This document shows positions 50,185-63,190 of a stretch of DNA of 64,000 nucleotides, one piece after another (position 1 is the stretch's first letter; each line of letters begins with the position of its first letter). The DNA lies in NCBI RefSeq assembly GCF_964355755.1, contig NC_092670.1:362201-426200 (forward strand), read 5' to 3'. Below the pieces are notes generated by a model that made no database searches, had not been told where the DNA came from, and saw only the letters and a program-made list of their open reading frames with translations. Origin of the DNA: Antedon mediterranea. Taxonomy: Eukaryota; Animalia; Echinodermata. The translations under genes were made by a program, and so were the position numbers.

Positions 50185-51297
50185 TTATGAGACTAAAAAG
50201 TGTAGACATCGCTTTAGAGAACTTTTTTGTAATTTGTCTTCTTTTCATGTTTTTTATTTTCTGTTTAAAAATAATTTGTTTGAATTGCGGTCGTTCAAAT
50301 GTTATATTTGTTGCATATTTATACAGTATATGTTTGTTGAATTCAACAGAAAGATATTGCATGATGTGTTTATGAATAAATATACAGTACCTTGAATTAT
50401 TATTATATTGTGTTACTGTACAATACTTTTAGTCTTTGAATTATCATTCATTATTTCTTTATTGGCCAATCAATTTGGAAGCCCTGATATCATTTAGAGG
50501 GGGCGGGGGGTATGCTTTGTAAAATAAATAAAAACAAATAAATGACACATGCCACATTTACGTATTCACGTAGGCCTACAGCAATTTTTATAAAAAATAA
50601 AGAGTAATAATTAACTTATAACTTGCTTCTATCATTCCATCGGATCAATTCTATGATCCAAACAATCGCAATCATCTAACATGCACACTTTATAAGGCCG
50701 TGGCCGGTATTGTATTCTTACGCCGAGATATTGTTCAAATACATGTGCTTTTTGGTCTAGAAATAATATGCTATACAGTATACATATATATTTCCATATT
50801 TCAAAGTCCATTTTCTGGGAACCTAGCAGCTCTATTTTTCAAAATTATTAGCTCCACCCAACCATGGTGGGCTGATCTTGTAGACTTATAATTTCGTTTC
50901 ATATATCATGTATACGTGCAATTACTGTAGTTGCTTTTAACTAAACCTGCAGGGACCTGCAACTCTATTTTTCAATTTCTCAGCTCAGCCCCAACTGCAT
51001 GATGGAGCTGAGGTCCTAATCCTTATATATTAACAAATCATGTCGTAACATCATTAGGAAACAAACCAAGATAATCTTTTTTAATATGTAAATGTGAGGA
51101 CGCAGCGTTGTTTCAGCTTGGCTCTCACTAGGATCATAATCAATAGAAAATTTCTATTGACTATGCTAGGATGTAACGCAACAAGGAAGTCGCAATAAAC
51201 AACGTAGCTTTCATTTGGTCAATTCACTTGCGTTGCAGCTTGCGTCTTTACGTTTGGGAACCAAGCCACAATTAGCTGATTTAGAGAGTACAGTTTA

Positions 51298-51482
51298 AGC
51301 GTGGTTCCCACTAGCGACGCAACGCAAGGATGTAACGCAACGCAAGTGAATTGACCAATTACAAGCGATGGCTTTAGCTTATTCGCTTGTGATTGCTAAC
51401 TGTCTATAACTTTGCTTGTCATTGGTTAAAACGCTTGCGTTGCGTTTACGTCCTTGCATTACGTTCTAGTGGGAACCAAGCT
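51298..51482. mobile_element. Palindromic Harbinger-type MITE (degenerate copies at ~51115-51267 and ~51795-51968)
   Basis: TIR AGCGTGGTTCCCACTAG / CTAGTGGGAACCAAGCT, TTA TSD, ACGCAACGCAAG repeats. Confidence 0.8.
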
Positions 51483-52851
51483 TTACATAGACATCGTATT
51501 GATGTTGATCAAGTAGTTCATGGTTGGATTTCCGATCATACCAAAAAACGCAAACGTCAAGTAGCGGGGGCACCAGTAGCATTTTAAACAAGATTAAGAA
51601 CCACACCTATCATCAAGGTTTAATCATAACTCCATGATTTAATCATAACTGCATGTCTAATATAAACAGATCTTCACTTTGAATTTGATTAGACAACACA
51701 CAATTAAAATCTGTAGTAAATAATAGCAAATAATTCTCAATGTTAGAGTTGTATTATATCATGGAAAACCGCGGATTACTCATTCTTCTGATAAACTAGC
51801 GACGCAACAACGCAAGACGTAACGCAACGTTTTGACCAATCACAAGCGATGGATTATTCGAACAGTGGCTTGTCATTGGTAAACTCGCTTGCGTAGCACG
51901 TGAGTCCATCCCTTGCGTGGCGCGTGAGTCCTTCCCTTTGCGTTGCGTCCTAGAGTGGAAACCACGCTGCTGCTATCCAACAAGAGACTACTAGAAGCAC
52001 ACAAAAAAGTTCACAATCAATGAGGGCGGTATACAACAACAAACTTCCCTCTTTGGTGGTGGTGGTGGTATTATTTTATGTGTAGGCCTAATATATTTTC
52101 TTGAAACAATGAAATCAAACATAACTCTTTTTTGTGGTGTATTACTAGTGGTAGCATTCGTTATTTTGATTCTTACATCGAAATCACAAACAGGTAATAT
52201 AATGTATATCATATGAGAACTGAGGACGTGTACTTAAGAAAGAAGCCTAGCTAGGCTAGCTAGCTACTATCTAGGCTAGGCGGATGCCTAGCTAGGCTAT
52301 CTAGGCCCAGCGGGAAAGTCTGCTATTATTTTTATTATTCAGGCCTCCCTACTATTTATGCTAGGCTTGGCCTAGGGGTGTAATTAGTATTCTAGGACAA
52401 ATTAGGCCTAGTAAAACAATAAATTTGAACTGGGTAGTATCTGAGAAACAAACTCTACACTATTTTACTTTTTACTAGCCTAAGTAGGCATATAAAATGG
52501 GATATTAATATATATTTACATTTTTTACTTCAATTCAAATTTTTTGGGCGTCACAAACTAACATTAAGAGTAGGACACTGAGCTCGCCTTACCAAGATAG
52601 GAACCCGTAACAGGTTTTTGATGTTATCTCTGGCTGCGACAAATAACTGCTATGCACATATTCTCCGTGGCATGCAGCGTCTGTAAGGGGCATGGAACTG
52701 ATCATGTCGCAGCCACAGGTAAACCCTTTGATCTCTGGAGCTCAACATCCTGTTGCTAGATTGCCTTGCTAGGCCTAGATAGAGAAGTTTGATTTAAATA
52801 ATTTTGGAGCAATATTAAAGTTCATATAATTTATTTTCAGGTGAACGAAGA

Positions 52852-55800
52852 ATGAAATCCGTAGAAGACACAGATGCCAGCTCTGGTAATGTGCATGCAT
52901 TTGGAATCGTTGACTACCTTATATTTGGTGCTATGTTAGTGGTTTCAGCTGCAACTGGACTATACCATGCGTTTGCTGATAGTGGCCAAAATACTACTGC
53001 AAAGTGAGCTATTTTTCAAGTAATGATTGAGTAAGAACAGTTTTCTGTTTGGACTCATACAAGATAAAGGATAAATACAGATTCTACGTGGGACAGGCTA
53101 CGTGGTTTTCCGCTTACCGTTACCCCTCATCTGTGTAAATTGGCCTTAAGACATAAATCGTGTTGCTAAATATAAACATGATACTTTTGATCATCAATCA
53201 ATCAAAAGTCTATGGTTGTCTGTTGTCTGTCAACATAAATTGCGGATAGATTCTTAGAGGATTAGTTAGATCGAATACATTATAATTTTTCTATATTTAT
53301 TGCAGGTTTTTAATGGCTGACAGAAGCATGTTTAGTCTTCCAGTAGCCATCTCTGTGCTTGCCTCATTCTGCTCAGCAATCACTATCCTTGGAATACCTG
53401 CAGAGATCTTCAAACATGGAGTACAATACTGGCTCATTATTTGGAGTTACTTTCTGGTTATACCTATAACAGCATTGGTGTTTATCCCAGTTTTCTATGA
53501 CCTGAAAGTTATCAGTGCCTACGAGGTGAGAATAAAACATAAAACACTAATTTTTCGTATTATTTAAGCTGGGACTTCTGGCTTATGAGCTATAGAGCTT
53601 CATTGTCTCTTTTGAAGCCCCAGACGATTTTTTCAAACAAATAAATGCTATGGCTTGTATTGGGTAAAAGTAGTATAAACACATTTCTAAAAAAGATAGG
53701 TTAAATTATAAGAAGCCTGCAGCACATGTGTTGAAAAACATGCTATCAATTTGGTTTTTTTCTCTGAAAAATCTCCACATTTTTTGGAATACGAATATGC
53801 CTATGCTGTTAACACTATAACTGTTATTCTGATACAGTATCTTGACCGGCGATTTAGTAGGTTGATACGTGTTCTAGGTGCTTGTATGTTTATCCTGCAA
53901 ACTGTATTCTACATGGCTGTTGTCTTGTTCGCTCCAGCTTTAGCTCTTGAAGTTGGTAAGTAATACCATTTATTATCTCCAGCACCTCTATATTGTCATG
54001 GCTACAACAAAAATGCTATGTGTTTACTCACTACATATATTTAATGATTTCTACTTGTACATTTCAGTAACAAGTCTAGATGTGTGGAAGACTGTGTTGA
54101 TGACTGGCCTTATCTGTACTTTCTATACATCCCTAGTAAGTGGTATTTGTTGGCAAGTTGCCATATAACCTCACAATATACACTATCAAACTTTATGTGA
54201 CAAAAAAAATGTGATATGCCCATATATGGACAGGATTTCATATCACTACCATATTTGGGAATATTACTACCATATTTGGGCACACCTTCATTGTGGATAC
54301 TTTTATGTTCTGTAACAAGATAATCATTATTGGCACTTTTTCCTTGTGTGTGTGTGCCATATTACATTTTATTTATTTATATATTTATTATTTATATTTA
54401 TTTTTGTTATTTTTTAACAGGGTGGAATTAAAGCTGTAATATGGACAGACGTATTCCAATTTCTAGTACTAGTTGGTTCCCTTGTGGTTGTCGTTGTCAT
54501 GGGTACAATTCGTGCAGGTGGCATAGATCATGTATGGAACTATAACAAGGAAAAAGGACAACTTAATTTTATAGTGTAAATATCTTTTGATTTCATGTTT
54601 TATTGTGGCAACTCATGTGTATATTGATGTTCTTATTATGATACTGTCAAATTATTATAAGCTCTATCCCGTACTGTATATGATTCCCTCACTTACCTAT
54701 GCTATACTGTCAAATTATTATAAGCTCTATCCCGTACTGTATAGGATTCCCTCACTTACCTATGCTATACTGTCAAATTATTATAAGCTCTATCCCGTAC
54801 TGTATAGGATTCCCTCACTTACCTATGCTATACTGTCAAATTATTATAAGCTCTATCCCGTACTGTATATGATTCCCTCACTTACCTATGATACTGTCAA
54901 ATTATTATAAGCTCTATCCTGTACTGTATATGATTCCCTCACTTACCTATGATACTGTCAAATTATTATAAGCCCTATCCCGTACTGTATAGGATTCCCT
55001 CACTTACCTATGATACTGTCAAATTATTATAAGCTCTATCCCGTACTGTATATGATTCCCTCACTTACCTATGATACTGTCAAATTATTATAAGCTCTGT
55101 CCCGTACTGTATAGGATTCCCTCACTTACCTATGATACTGTCAAATTATTATAAGCTCTATCCCGTACTGTATAGGATTCCCTCACTTACCTATGCTATA
55201 CAGTCAAATTATTATAAGCTCTATCCCGTACTGTATATGATTCCCTCACTTACCTATGCTATACTGTCAAATTATTATAACCTCTATCCCGTACTGTATA
55301 TGATTCCCTCACTTACCTATGATATACTGTCAAATTATTATAAGCTCTATCCCGTACTGTATATGATTCTCTCACTTACCTATGATACTGTCAAATTATT
55401 ATAAGCTCTATCCCGTACTGTATATGATTCCCTCACTTACCTATGCTATACTGTCAAATTATTATAAGCTCTATCCCGTACTGTATATGATTCCCTCACT
55501 TACCTATGATACTGTCAAATTATTATAAGCTCTATCCCGTACTGTATATGATTCCCTCACTTACCTATGATACTGTCAAATTATTATAAGCTCTATCCCG
55601 TACTGTATATGATTCCCTCACTTACCTATGATACTGTCAAATTATTATAAGCTCTATCCCGTACTGTATATGATTCCCTCACTTACCTATGCTACTGTCA
55701 AATTATTATAAGCTCTATCCCGTACTGTATATGATTCCCTCACTTACCTATGATATACTGTCAAATTATTATAAGCTCTATCCCGTACTGTATAGGATTC

Positions 55801-58800
55801 CCTCACTTACCTATGCTATACTGTCAAATTATTATAAGCTCTATCCCGTACTGTATATGATTCCCTCACTTACCTATGATACTGTCAAATTATTATAAGC
55901 TCTATCCTGTACTGTATATGATTCCCTCACTTACCTATGATACTGTCAAATTATTATAAGCTCTATCCCGTACTGTATAGGATTCCCTCACTTACCTATG
56001 ATACTGTCAAATTATTATAAGCTCTATCCCGTACTGTATATGATTCCCTCACTTACCTATGATACTGTCAAATTATTATAAGCTCTATCCCGTACTGTAT
56101 ATGATTCCCTCACTTACCTATGATACTGTCAAATTATTATAAGCTCTATCCCGTACTGTATAGGATTCCCTCACTTACCTATGCTATACAGTCAAATTAT
56201 TATAAGCTCTATCCCGTACTGTATATGATTCCCTCACTTACCTATGCTATACTGTCAAATTATTATAAGCTCTATCCCGTACTGTATATGATTCCCTCAC
56301 TTACCTATGATATACTGTCAAATTATTATAAGCTCTATCCCGTACTGTATATGATTCTCTCACTTACCTATGATACTGTCAAATTATTATAAGCTCTATC
56401 CCGTACTGTATATGATTCCCTCACTTACCTATGATACTGTCAAATTATTATAAGCTCTATCCCATACTGTATATGATTCCCTCACTTACCTATGATACTG
56501 TCAAATTATTATAAGCTCTATCCCGTACTGTATATGATTCCCTCAGCCTTTTTTGTGATACAGTTTTGTATGTCCTTGAGTGTCCTTGTAACTGTCCTGT
56601 TTCATCATCTTTTTTTTTTTTTTTTTTTTTTTGGTTATCCGCAACTTAGTTGCAGGATAACCCATGTGATTGTAAATATCTTTTTTTTTCATCATCTTTG
56701 TTCTTCTTTCTTTCCCTGATTTTTGTGAGCAGCATATCCCCTATTGCTTGTGAATATATCTTTTGTATAACTTTGTCATTATATGGACATTTACCTGAAG
56801 TTGTGCACCTCCATATTTTGAATGACGTCAGAGTTGCGCAACGTGACTTACGCGTGATTTTATGAATTTCAATGATTGATCATAGGATAAAAAATAAAAG
56901 TCATTTTGTATTGACATTTGGTGAATATTTAAGTCATATCAAAGGCAAACTTTCTATGGATTAAAAATGGCATGTTTTACAAGAAGTTACGTGCGCACGC
57001 GCATTTGAAGTTTCAAAATGCGCAAAATTAATTTCTAATCAACTTTCTACGCTGATCATGACATTTTAAGCATGTCAAAAATTCCCGCGCGCGCGAAAAA
57101 ATTGACGCGTATGGTGCGCACGGAGTACGAAAATCATGTTTTTTTCTCTTGAATTGTAATTTTCCAGCCTTTGCTAGTCATTTTAAAAAAGATTTACATC
57201 ATTTCAAATTAAAATGACGTCATACGAACACGTTGATTTAGACAATTTGCGTGCGTTTTAGTTGCAAAAGTGACAAGATATTGTCAAAATTATGCCTACT
57301 TTGAATCTATTGTAGCTCCTCAGAATCAACCGTTACCCCCAATTTTTTAAATTTAATATGTAAGCAGATATGTTGTAGATATGAATTCATGCAGAATCTT
57401 TACCCCTCGGATGTTATGACGTCATCGTATGGCCACACGAATGTAAAATATTGGATTTTTGACTGTTTCGCTATTGCTCATTACATTAAATAGAGTGCAT
57501 ATTGCTTATACGTATTCCATTTCCTCATATATTTTAATACTGTCTAGGTCCATCAACTATCTTTCGCATGAGTTAAAAATATTTTAATTTTTATGACGTC
57601 ATCATGTCTAAAAATGTAAATAACGTCGTTCACCTATTTTCATCTTTACAGTAAGTTTCAATCTGTTATAGCTCGTCAGAATAAAAAGTGATAATCATGA
57701 TTAAAACGTTTTCTGGAAGCTATTGGATTGTAGATACAAATTCATGTGAATATTTTGCCAATCAGATGTTGTGACGTCATTATATGGGCAGTTGAATTCA
57801 AAAGGTCATATTTTCATCTCTTGCGTAAAAGTTCATTGCGTTTAAACGAGAGCGCATCTCTCTTTTACGTGCCCAGAATTCCTCAAATTTGTATTAATGT
57901 AATTATTTAGATAATTATCTTCTAAAATTGTTATCTTTATATGTCAATTCGATGACATCATCGTGTTAATAATTGGATTTAAAAGATGGTCTCGTAATTT
58001 CGTCTATACTACACTGTATATAACATATAACAGTGTATTCTATAATATGCTGTATGCTACATGGTACAATTCAGCACTGAAAACATGTTTAATTCATGTC
58101 ATAGGATGGCATAATATTTGTCGAAGTTCATATAGTTTAAAGTATGTGCATGTTGCCTTTGCGCGGATAACCCGAACTCGTCAAAGTGACGAGTTCAAAT
58201 CTAGTTTTTCTGTATTCTTCTTTCTTTCTGTCATTTTTGTGTCTCGCGTAACTCAAAAACGTGTAAACATAACATTTCATAACTTTGTCAACATGTGGGC
58301 ATTTACGTGAAATTGTGCACCTCCTATTTTTGAATGACGTCAGAGTTGCGCAACATGACTTACGCGCGTTTTTCCGAATTTCGCGTATTTAACATAGATC
58401 GAAAACGATATAACTATTTAAATTGAAACTGAAAAAAAGTTTAAGTTATATCTTGCGCTAACTGACTATGGGGAAAAAATGGCATGTTTCAAACGAAGTT
58501 ACGCGCGCACGCGCGTTTAAAATTTCAAATTGCGAAAAATCAATTTCTAATCAACTTTCTACGCGTTTCATGTCATTTTAAGCATGTAAAAAATTCCCAC
58601 ACGCGCGCTTTTTTTTACGCGCGCGGTGCGAACGTAGCGTTGAAAACAATTTTTCTCTCGTGATTTATGTTTTCAAGCCTTTTATAGTAATTTTACCAAC
58701 TTTGAAACAATTTCGACTTCAAATTACGTCATACGGGCACGTCGAATTGGATAATTTATGTGCGTTTTTGAGGTAAAAGTTCAAAAATTTGTCAAAATTA

Positions 58801-61800
58801 TACCTTTTTTTAAACAATCATATATTCTAAACTACGAGGTGAACTTTATTTAAATTACATATCCAGGAAGATGATAAGTTGTAGATAAGGAATCATGCAT
58901 TGATATGGCAAACCGGACATTGTGACGTCATCGTCACGCGAATATAAAATATAGGATTTTTGTATCTTTCGTCATAGCGCATCTCATTTAATAGAGCGCC
59001 TCTCCACTTATCCGTATTCCATTTTAACCCAGATTTTGAAATTTTCTAGGTCAATCAACTATCTTGCGCAAGAGTAAAAAATTTTTTAATTTTTATGACG
59101 TCATCATGTCTAAAAATGTAAATAACGTGGGTCACTTATATTTATCTTTACAGTAAATTTTAATCTGTTATAGCTCATCAGAATAAAATGTGATAATCAC
59201 GATTAAAACGTTTTCTGGAAGCTATTGGATTGTAGATACGAATTCATGTAAACATTTTGCCAATCGGATGTTATGACGTCATCATATGGCCAGTTGAATA
59301 AAAAAAGACGTATTTTCATATTTTGCGTAATAGTTCATCACATTTAAAAGGGTGCGCATCTATATTTTACGTATTCAAATTTCTTCTACACGTTAATATG
59401 TTGTTCCTGAGATTATTTCCTTCTGAAATTGTTATCTAAGTGTTTCATTTTGATACCGTCGCCATGTTAAAAATTGGAATAAATGGCGGGTCCCGTAATT
59501 TCACCTATTCTACACTGTATGTAATATGTATACAGATTATACACAAAATTGACAGAATTCAGCACTAACAGCATATCATATTCTTCAGTTCTTGTCATAA
59601 TTCCATAATCTTTATCTGTGTGCAATATTCCAACTTATGACGTGCACGTGGCGTTTGTCGTGGTGCGGATAACTAACTCGTCAATGTGACGAGTTTCATG
59701 TCTAGTTAAATTTTAGTTTATCCACTTTTTTTAAATTTGTTTTTTTAATCTACTACGACCAAGGAGTTCCCTTTATTAAAGGATGACAAAGTTGTATGAA
59801 TCTTAAAACCTGATGTATTGAAATATTTCAGTCTTGATCCCGACCCACTCATGCGAATCAATCTGTGGAGCGTTATCATTGGTGGAACATTGACTGCTTT
59901 ACCCATATGGGCTGTCAGCCAAACTGCTGTCCAACGATTTCTAACTTCAAAGGATTTAAAAGGAGCACAAAGGTATATTGTTAAACTGGTTTCTTGGAAG
60001 AAAATGATTATTTTGACATATGTAGCTATTTTGTGGCTAAGCAGAATCGTAATACCTAGCCATAACAAGATGAGTAGGGGGTTACCCCAGTGTACTAGTA
60101 TACATACATCCACTGTCACACACAGACAGTTAATCATTGTAACGGCTCCTTGATTTCGGGTCACTATTACTATATTACAAATCAACATCTATTGCTATTT
60201 TCAAAAAAGAACTTAAAACGCATCTAATACAAGCGGCTTTGATTTTTAATTCGGTTTAGTTGCTGGCACTATAAAAATACCTAAATTATTATTATTATAT
60301 TATAAATAATAGGTTGAATAAAAAGTAAATAAATAAAAACATATCTGCCACAATTTGTCAACTTTGACTATAACAATTTGTATTACGTTTTAGATCCATT
60401 TGGTATTCACTCCCTGGCAACATCATCATGGTTTCTCTCGTCTCTTTTTGTGGTCTTGTTCTTTATGCATTTTATGATGGTGAGCTTTATTTTATTAATT
60501 TAGAAAAAATTTATTTCATACACATCCAACAGCGAGTAACTTGCCAATTACAGGATGGATAAAATATTTAATAATGTGTCGTGCTTATAAACTAGGTCTC
60601 ATTAGGGAGTGGAGTTGAAAGAGTCGCTTTTGCTAAATAAACAAACATTATACCAAGTTCACAAGTCTCAATTACACATGAGTAGATGTTTGGAAGCTTA
60701 TTGGTGGTATGAGTACAACATGCATGGTTTAAATTGATTACCTCTCTGTTGTTAATATGTGCTTCTCCAATAAATTATATAAAAGGCCTGAGGCACTATA
60801 AATAAGAAAATATAAACTTTTGTTAATAAGTTTATAAAATGTAGTGAATAGAATATATAAATTCTGAATTAAATTTTGGTGTTTTTGCTTTGTATTAATA
60901 GACATGTTGATTATTTTGTATGCACATTGATTTCAGTGATTATGATTTAAGATGTGTGTATATTTTGCAGGTACCACCCCAAGTAGACAAGTTCCAGACT
61001 ATAGTTCAATAGATCAGGTAAACCGTTTCTTATTGAATGTGCCATTAGGACACAGTGTGACTGCCATTAGGACACAGTGTGGCTGCCATTAGGACACAGT
61101 GTTACTGCCATTAGGACGCAGTGTTACTGCCATTAGGACGCAGTGTGACTGCCATTAGGACGCAGTGTGACTTCCATTAGGACGCAGTGTGACTGCCATT
61201 AGGACGCAGTGTGACTGCCATTAGGACACAGTGTGACTGCCATTAGGACACAAGTGTGACTGTCATTAGGACACAGTGTTACTGCCATTAGGACACAGTG
61301 TTACTGCCATTAGGACACAGTGTTACTGCCATTAGGACACAGTGTTACTGCCATTAGGACGCAGTGTGACTGCCATTAGGACGCAGTGTGACTGCCATTA
61401 GGACGTAGTGTGACTGCCATTAGGACGCAGTGTGACTGCCATTAGGACGCAGTGTGACTGCCATTAGGACGCAGTGTGACTGCCATTAGGACGCAGTGTT
61501 ACTGCCATTAGGACACAGTGTGACTACCATTAGGACACAGTGTTACTGCCATTAGGACACAGTGTGACTGCCATTAGGACACAGTGTTACTGCCATTAGG
61601 ACACAGTCTCATAAAATTGTGATTGGTGATCAAGTAATTCCCCATGTTAAGCAAACCAAATTTCTAGGTGTTTTAATTGACCAAGAGCTAAATTTTAAAA
61701 ATCATATAAAAGAAATTGAATTAAAAATTTCTAAAAACATTGGCATACTTTATCGTCTGTCTTCCTTTTTACCGTCTCAAATTTTACGCAATATTTACTG

Positions 61801-63125
61801 TTCCTTTATTCTGCCTTTTATTAGTTACTGTAACATTGTATGGGCCAATAATTACCCTTCAAATCTTAATAAAATACACGTCCTTCAAAAGAAAGCTGTT
61901 CGTCTTATCTCGGGTAACTCACGTCTTGCTCATACTAATATCCTTTTTTATAACCTTAAACTCTTAACTGTGCACGATATTAATAAACTCCAACAATGCA
62001 TTTTCGTTTATGAACATATTAATTCCAAACTGCCTTCTAACTTTTCCTGTAATTTTTTAACTAACTCTGAAATCCATTCGTATAACACAAGAGCATCACG
62101 GGACCTTCATCTTCCTCAACCTAAACTAACTAAAATGAAACATAACATTCGCTATAGTGGTTCTAAACTATTCAATAATCTACCTCCCGAAATTTCATCA
62201 TCGTCTTCTAGCAAAATGTTCTCTTTTAAACTTAAAGAATATCTTATTTCAAATTATAACTAATTGTTTTCTCTATTTTGTAATATTTTTTTAACTTTAG
62301 AAACTTTTTCGAAATTGCTTCCTTTACTGTTGGTGTGTGTGTGTGTGTCTGTTGATCTTTATGTGTATGTGTAGTTATATGTTTACATTTATATATATAT
62401 AAGTATATAATCTTCTTACATGGCTTCCCAACATACAAGTTTCAATTGGATTTTTTTTTTCCAATTGATCGATACTTTCTTGGGTTTTTTTGCCTCTTTC
62501 ATTTTGTATATAACTGAATCATCTTTTTATACATTATGATTTACTGTATTATATCTCTAAAAAAAAAAAAAAATATTTATTTATAAAATATCAGAAATTA
62601 TAATGTTTTTTTACTCAAATATGAATGAAAGAAATAAATGTTTATTTGAATTGAATTTGAAAGTGTTACTGCCATTCATCAAGTATTAAGTGAGTGAGTG
62701 GCCTAGCGGTTAAGACAGTGCAACCTAATTACGTAGCCATAACATTGGCAAGGGTTCGAGGCTCACTCGCTCCATGTTTCTGGTGGTAGAATGAGTCTTC
62801 TTGGATAAGGACTATAAACCATAGATAGGTTCAGTGTACACATCTAGCTCGTGTGCACTTTAAAAAACCTAGTACATGTTTCGAGACAAGTAGGGTTACC
62901 CCGATGTACTAGTACATCACAGCCACCGATCATTACTAGGCCCTCTGGGAGACCAGTCTTTGATTGAAGAGGTCACCCAGTAAAAAGAAGAAAAGATAAA
63001 TAATAAGTAAGGTTTTGGTTTAAATTCTTTTTTCAGATACTTATTTTCTTTGTCAGTCAAGAGTTTGGTAATATTCCAGGAATACAAGGTCTCTTTGTAG
63101 CCTGTTTATTTGCTGGAACATTAAG
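52852..63125 (+). CDS. SLC5 sodium:solute symporter (SLC5A5/6/8/12 branch), 5' part. Exons 52852-53003, 53306-53525, 53838-53955, 54068-54135, 54421-54575, 59832-59972, 60394-60479, 60971-61017, 63037-63125; continues beyond the window
   Basis: GT-AG junctions join in frame: FGIVDYLIF..FLMADRSM..SVLASFCSAITILGIPAE..SAYEYLDRRF..FYTSLGGIKAVIWTDVFQ..SQTAVQRFLT..DQILIFFV..PGIQGLFVACLFAGTL. Confidence 0.92.
54638..56545. repeat. 58/60-bp intronic minisatellite (~32 units) with a 988-bp higher-order duplication
   Basis: ATG(CT)ATACTGTCAAATTATTATAAGCTCTATCCCGTACTGTATA(T/G)GATTCCCTCACTTACCT; rare variants recur 988 bp apart. Confidence 0.95.
56631..59706 (+). mobile_element. Non-autonomous Helentron/Helitron2-like (HINE) element, two diverged ~1.5-kb units in tandem
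   Basis: Starts in poly-T with GGTTATCCGC plus a palindrome. Each unit ends GCGGATAAC, hairpin AACTCGTCA..TGACGAGTT, then CTAGT (58163-58205, 59665-59706). Confidence 0.75.
61041..61607. repeat. 22-bp intronic minisatellite (~26 units)
   Basis: GCCATTAGGAC(A/G)CAGTGT(G/T)ACT; the final unit resumes at 62662. Confidence 0.95.
61608..62661 (+). mobile_element. 5'-truncated CR1/L2-group LINE fragment
   Basis: TKFLGVLID..KISKNIGILYRL..YCNIVW..LQKKAVR..HSYNTR; 3' UTR and (TTGAA)n tail. Confidence 0.85.
62690..63005 (+). mobile_element. tRNA-derived Deu-like SINE, second copy
   Basis: A box TGGCCTAGCGG, B box GGGTTCGAGGC, core GGATAAGGACTATAAACC; 3' part differs from the 3601 copy. Confidence 0.8.
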
Positions 63126-63190
63126 GTAATATTTCCTAACTCCCTAGCTGCTGTAACATTGATTGATGATATTAAACATACCATTTTCTA

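Noticed and set aside
48494-50395. 633-aa and 557-aa repetitive ORFs
   Set aside because: A 42-bp unit divisible by 3 leaves several frames open; non-ATG or weak starts and no protein features.
54587-56719. ILSNYYKLYPVLY repeat ORFs
   Set aside because: Intronic minisatellite translations; the mix of 58- and 60-bp units breaks the frame repeatedly.
48555-61607. CRISPR-like appearance of the regular arrays (42, 58/60 and 22 bp; also the 84-bp ZNF units)
   Set aside because: No unique spacers, no cas genes, eukaryotic context; these are tandem repeats or coding fingers.
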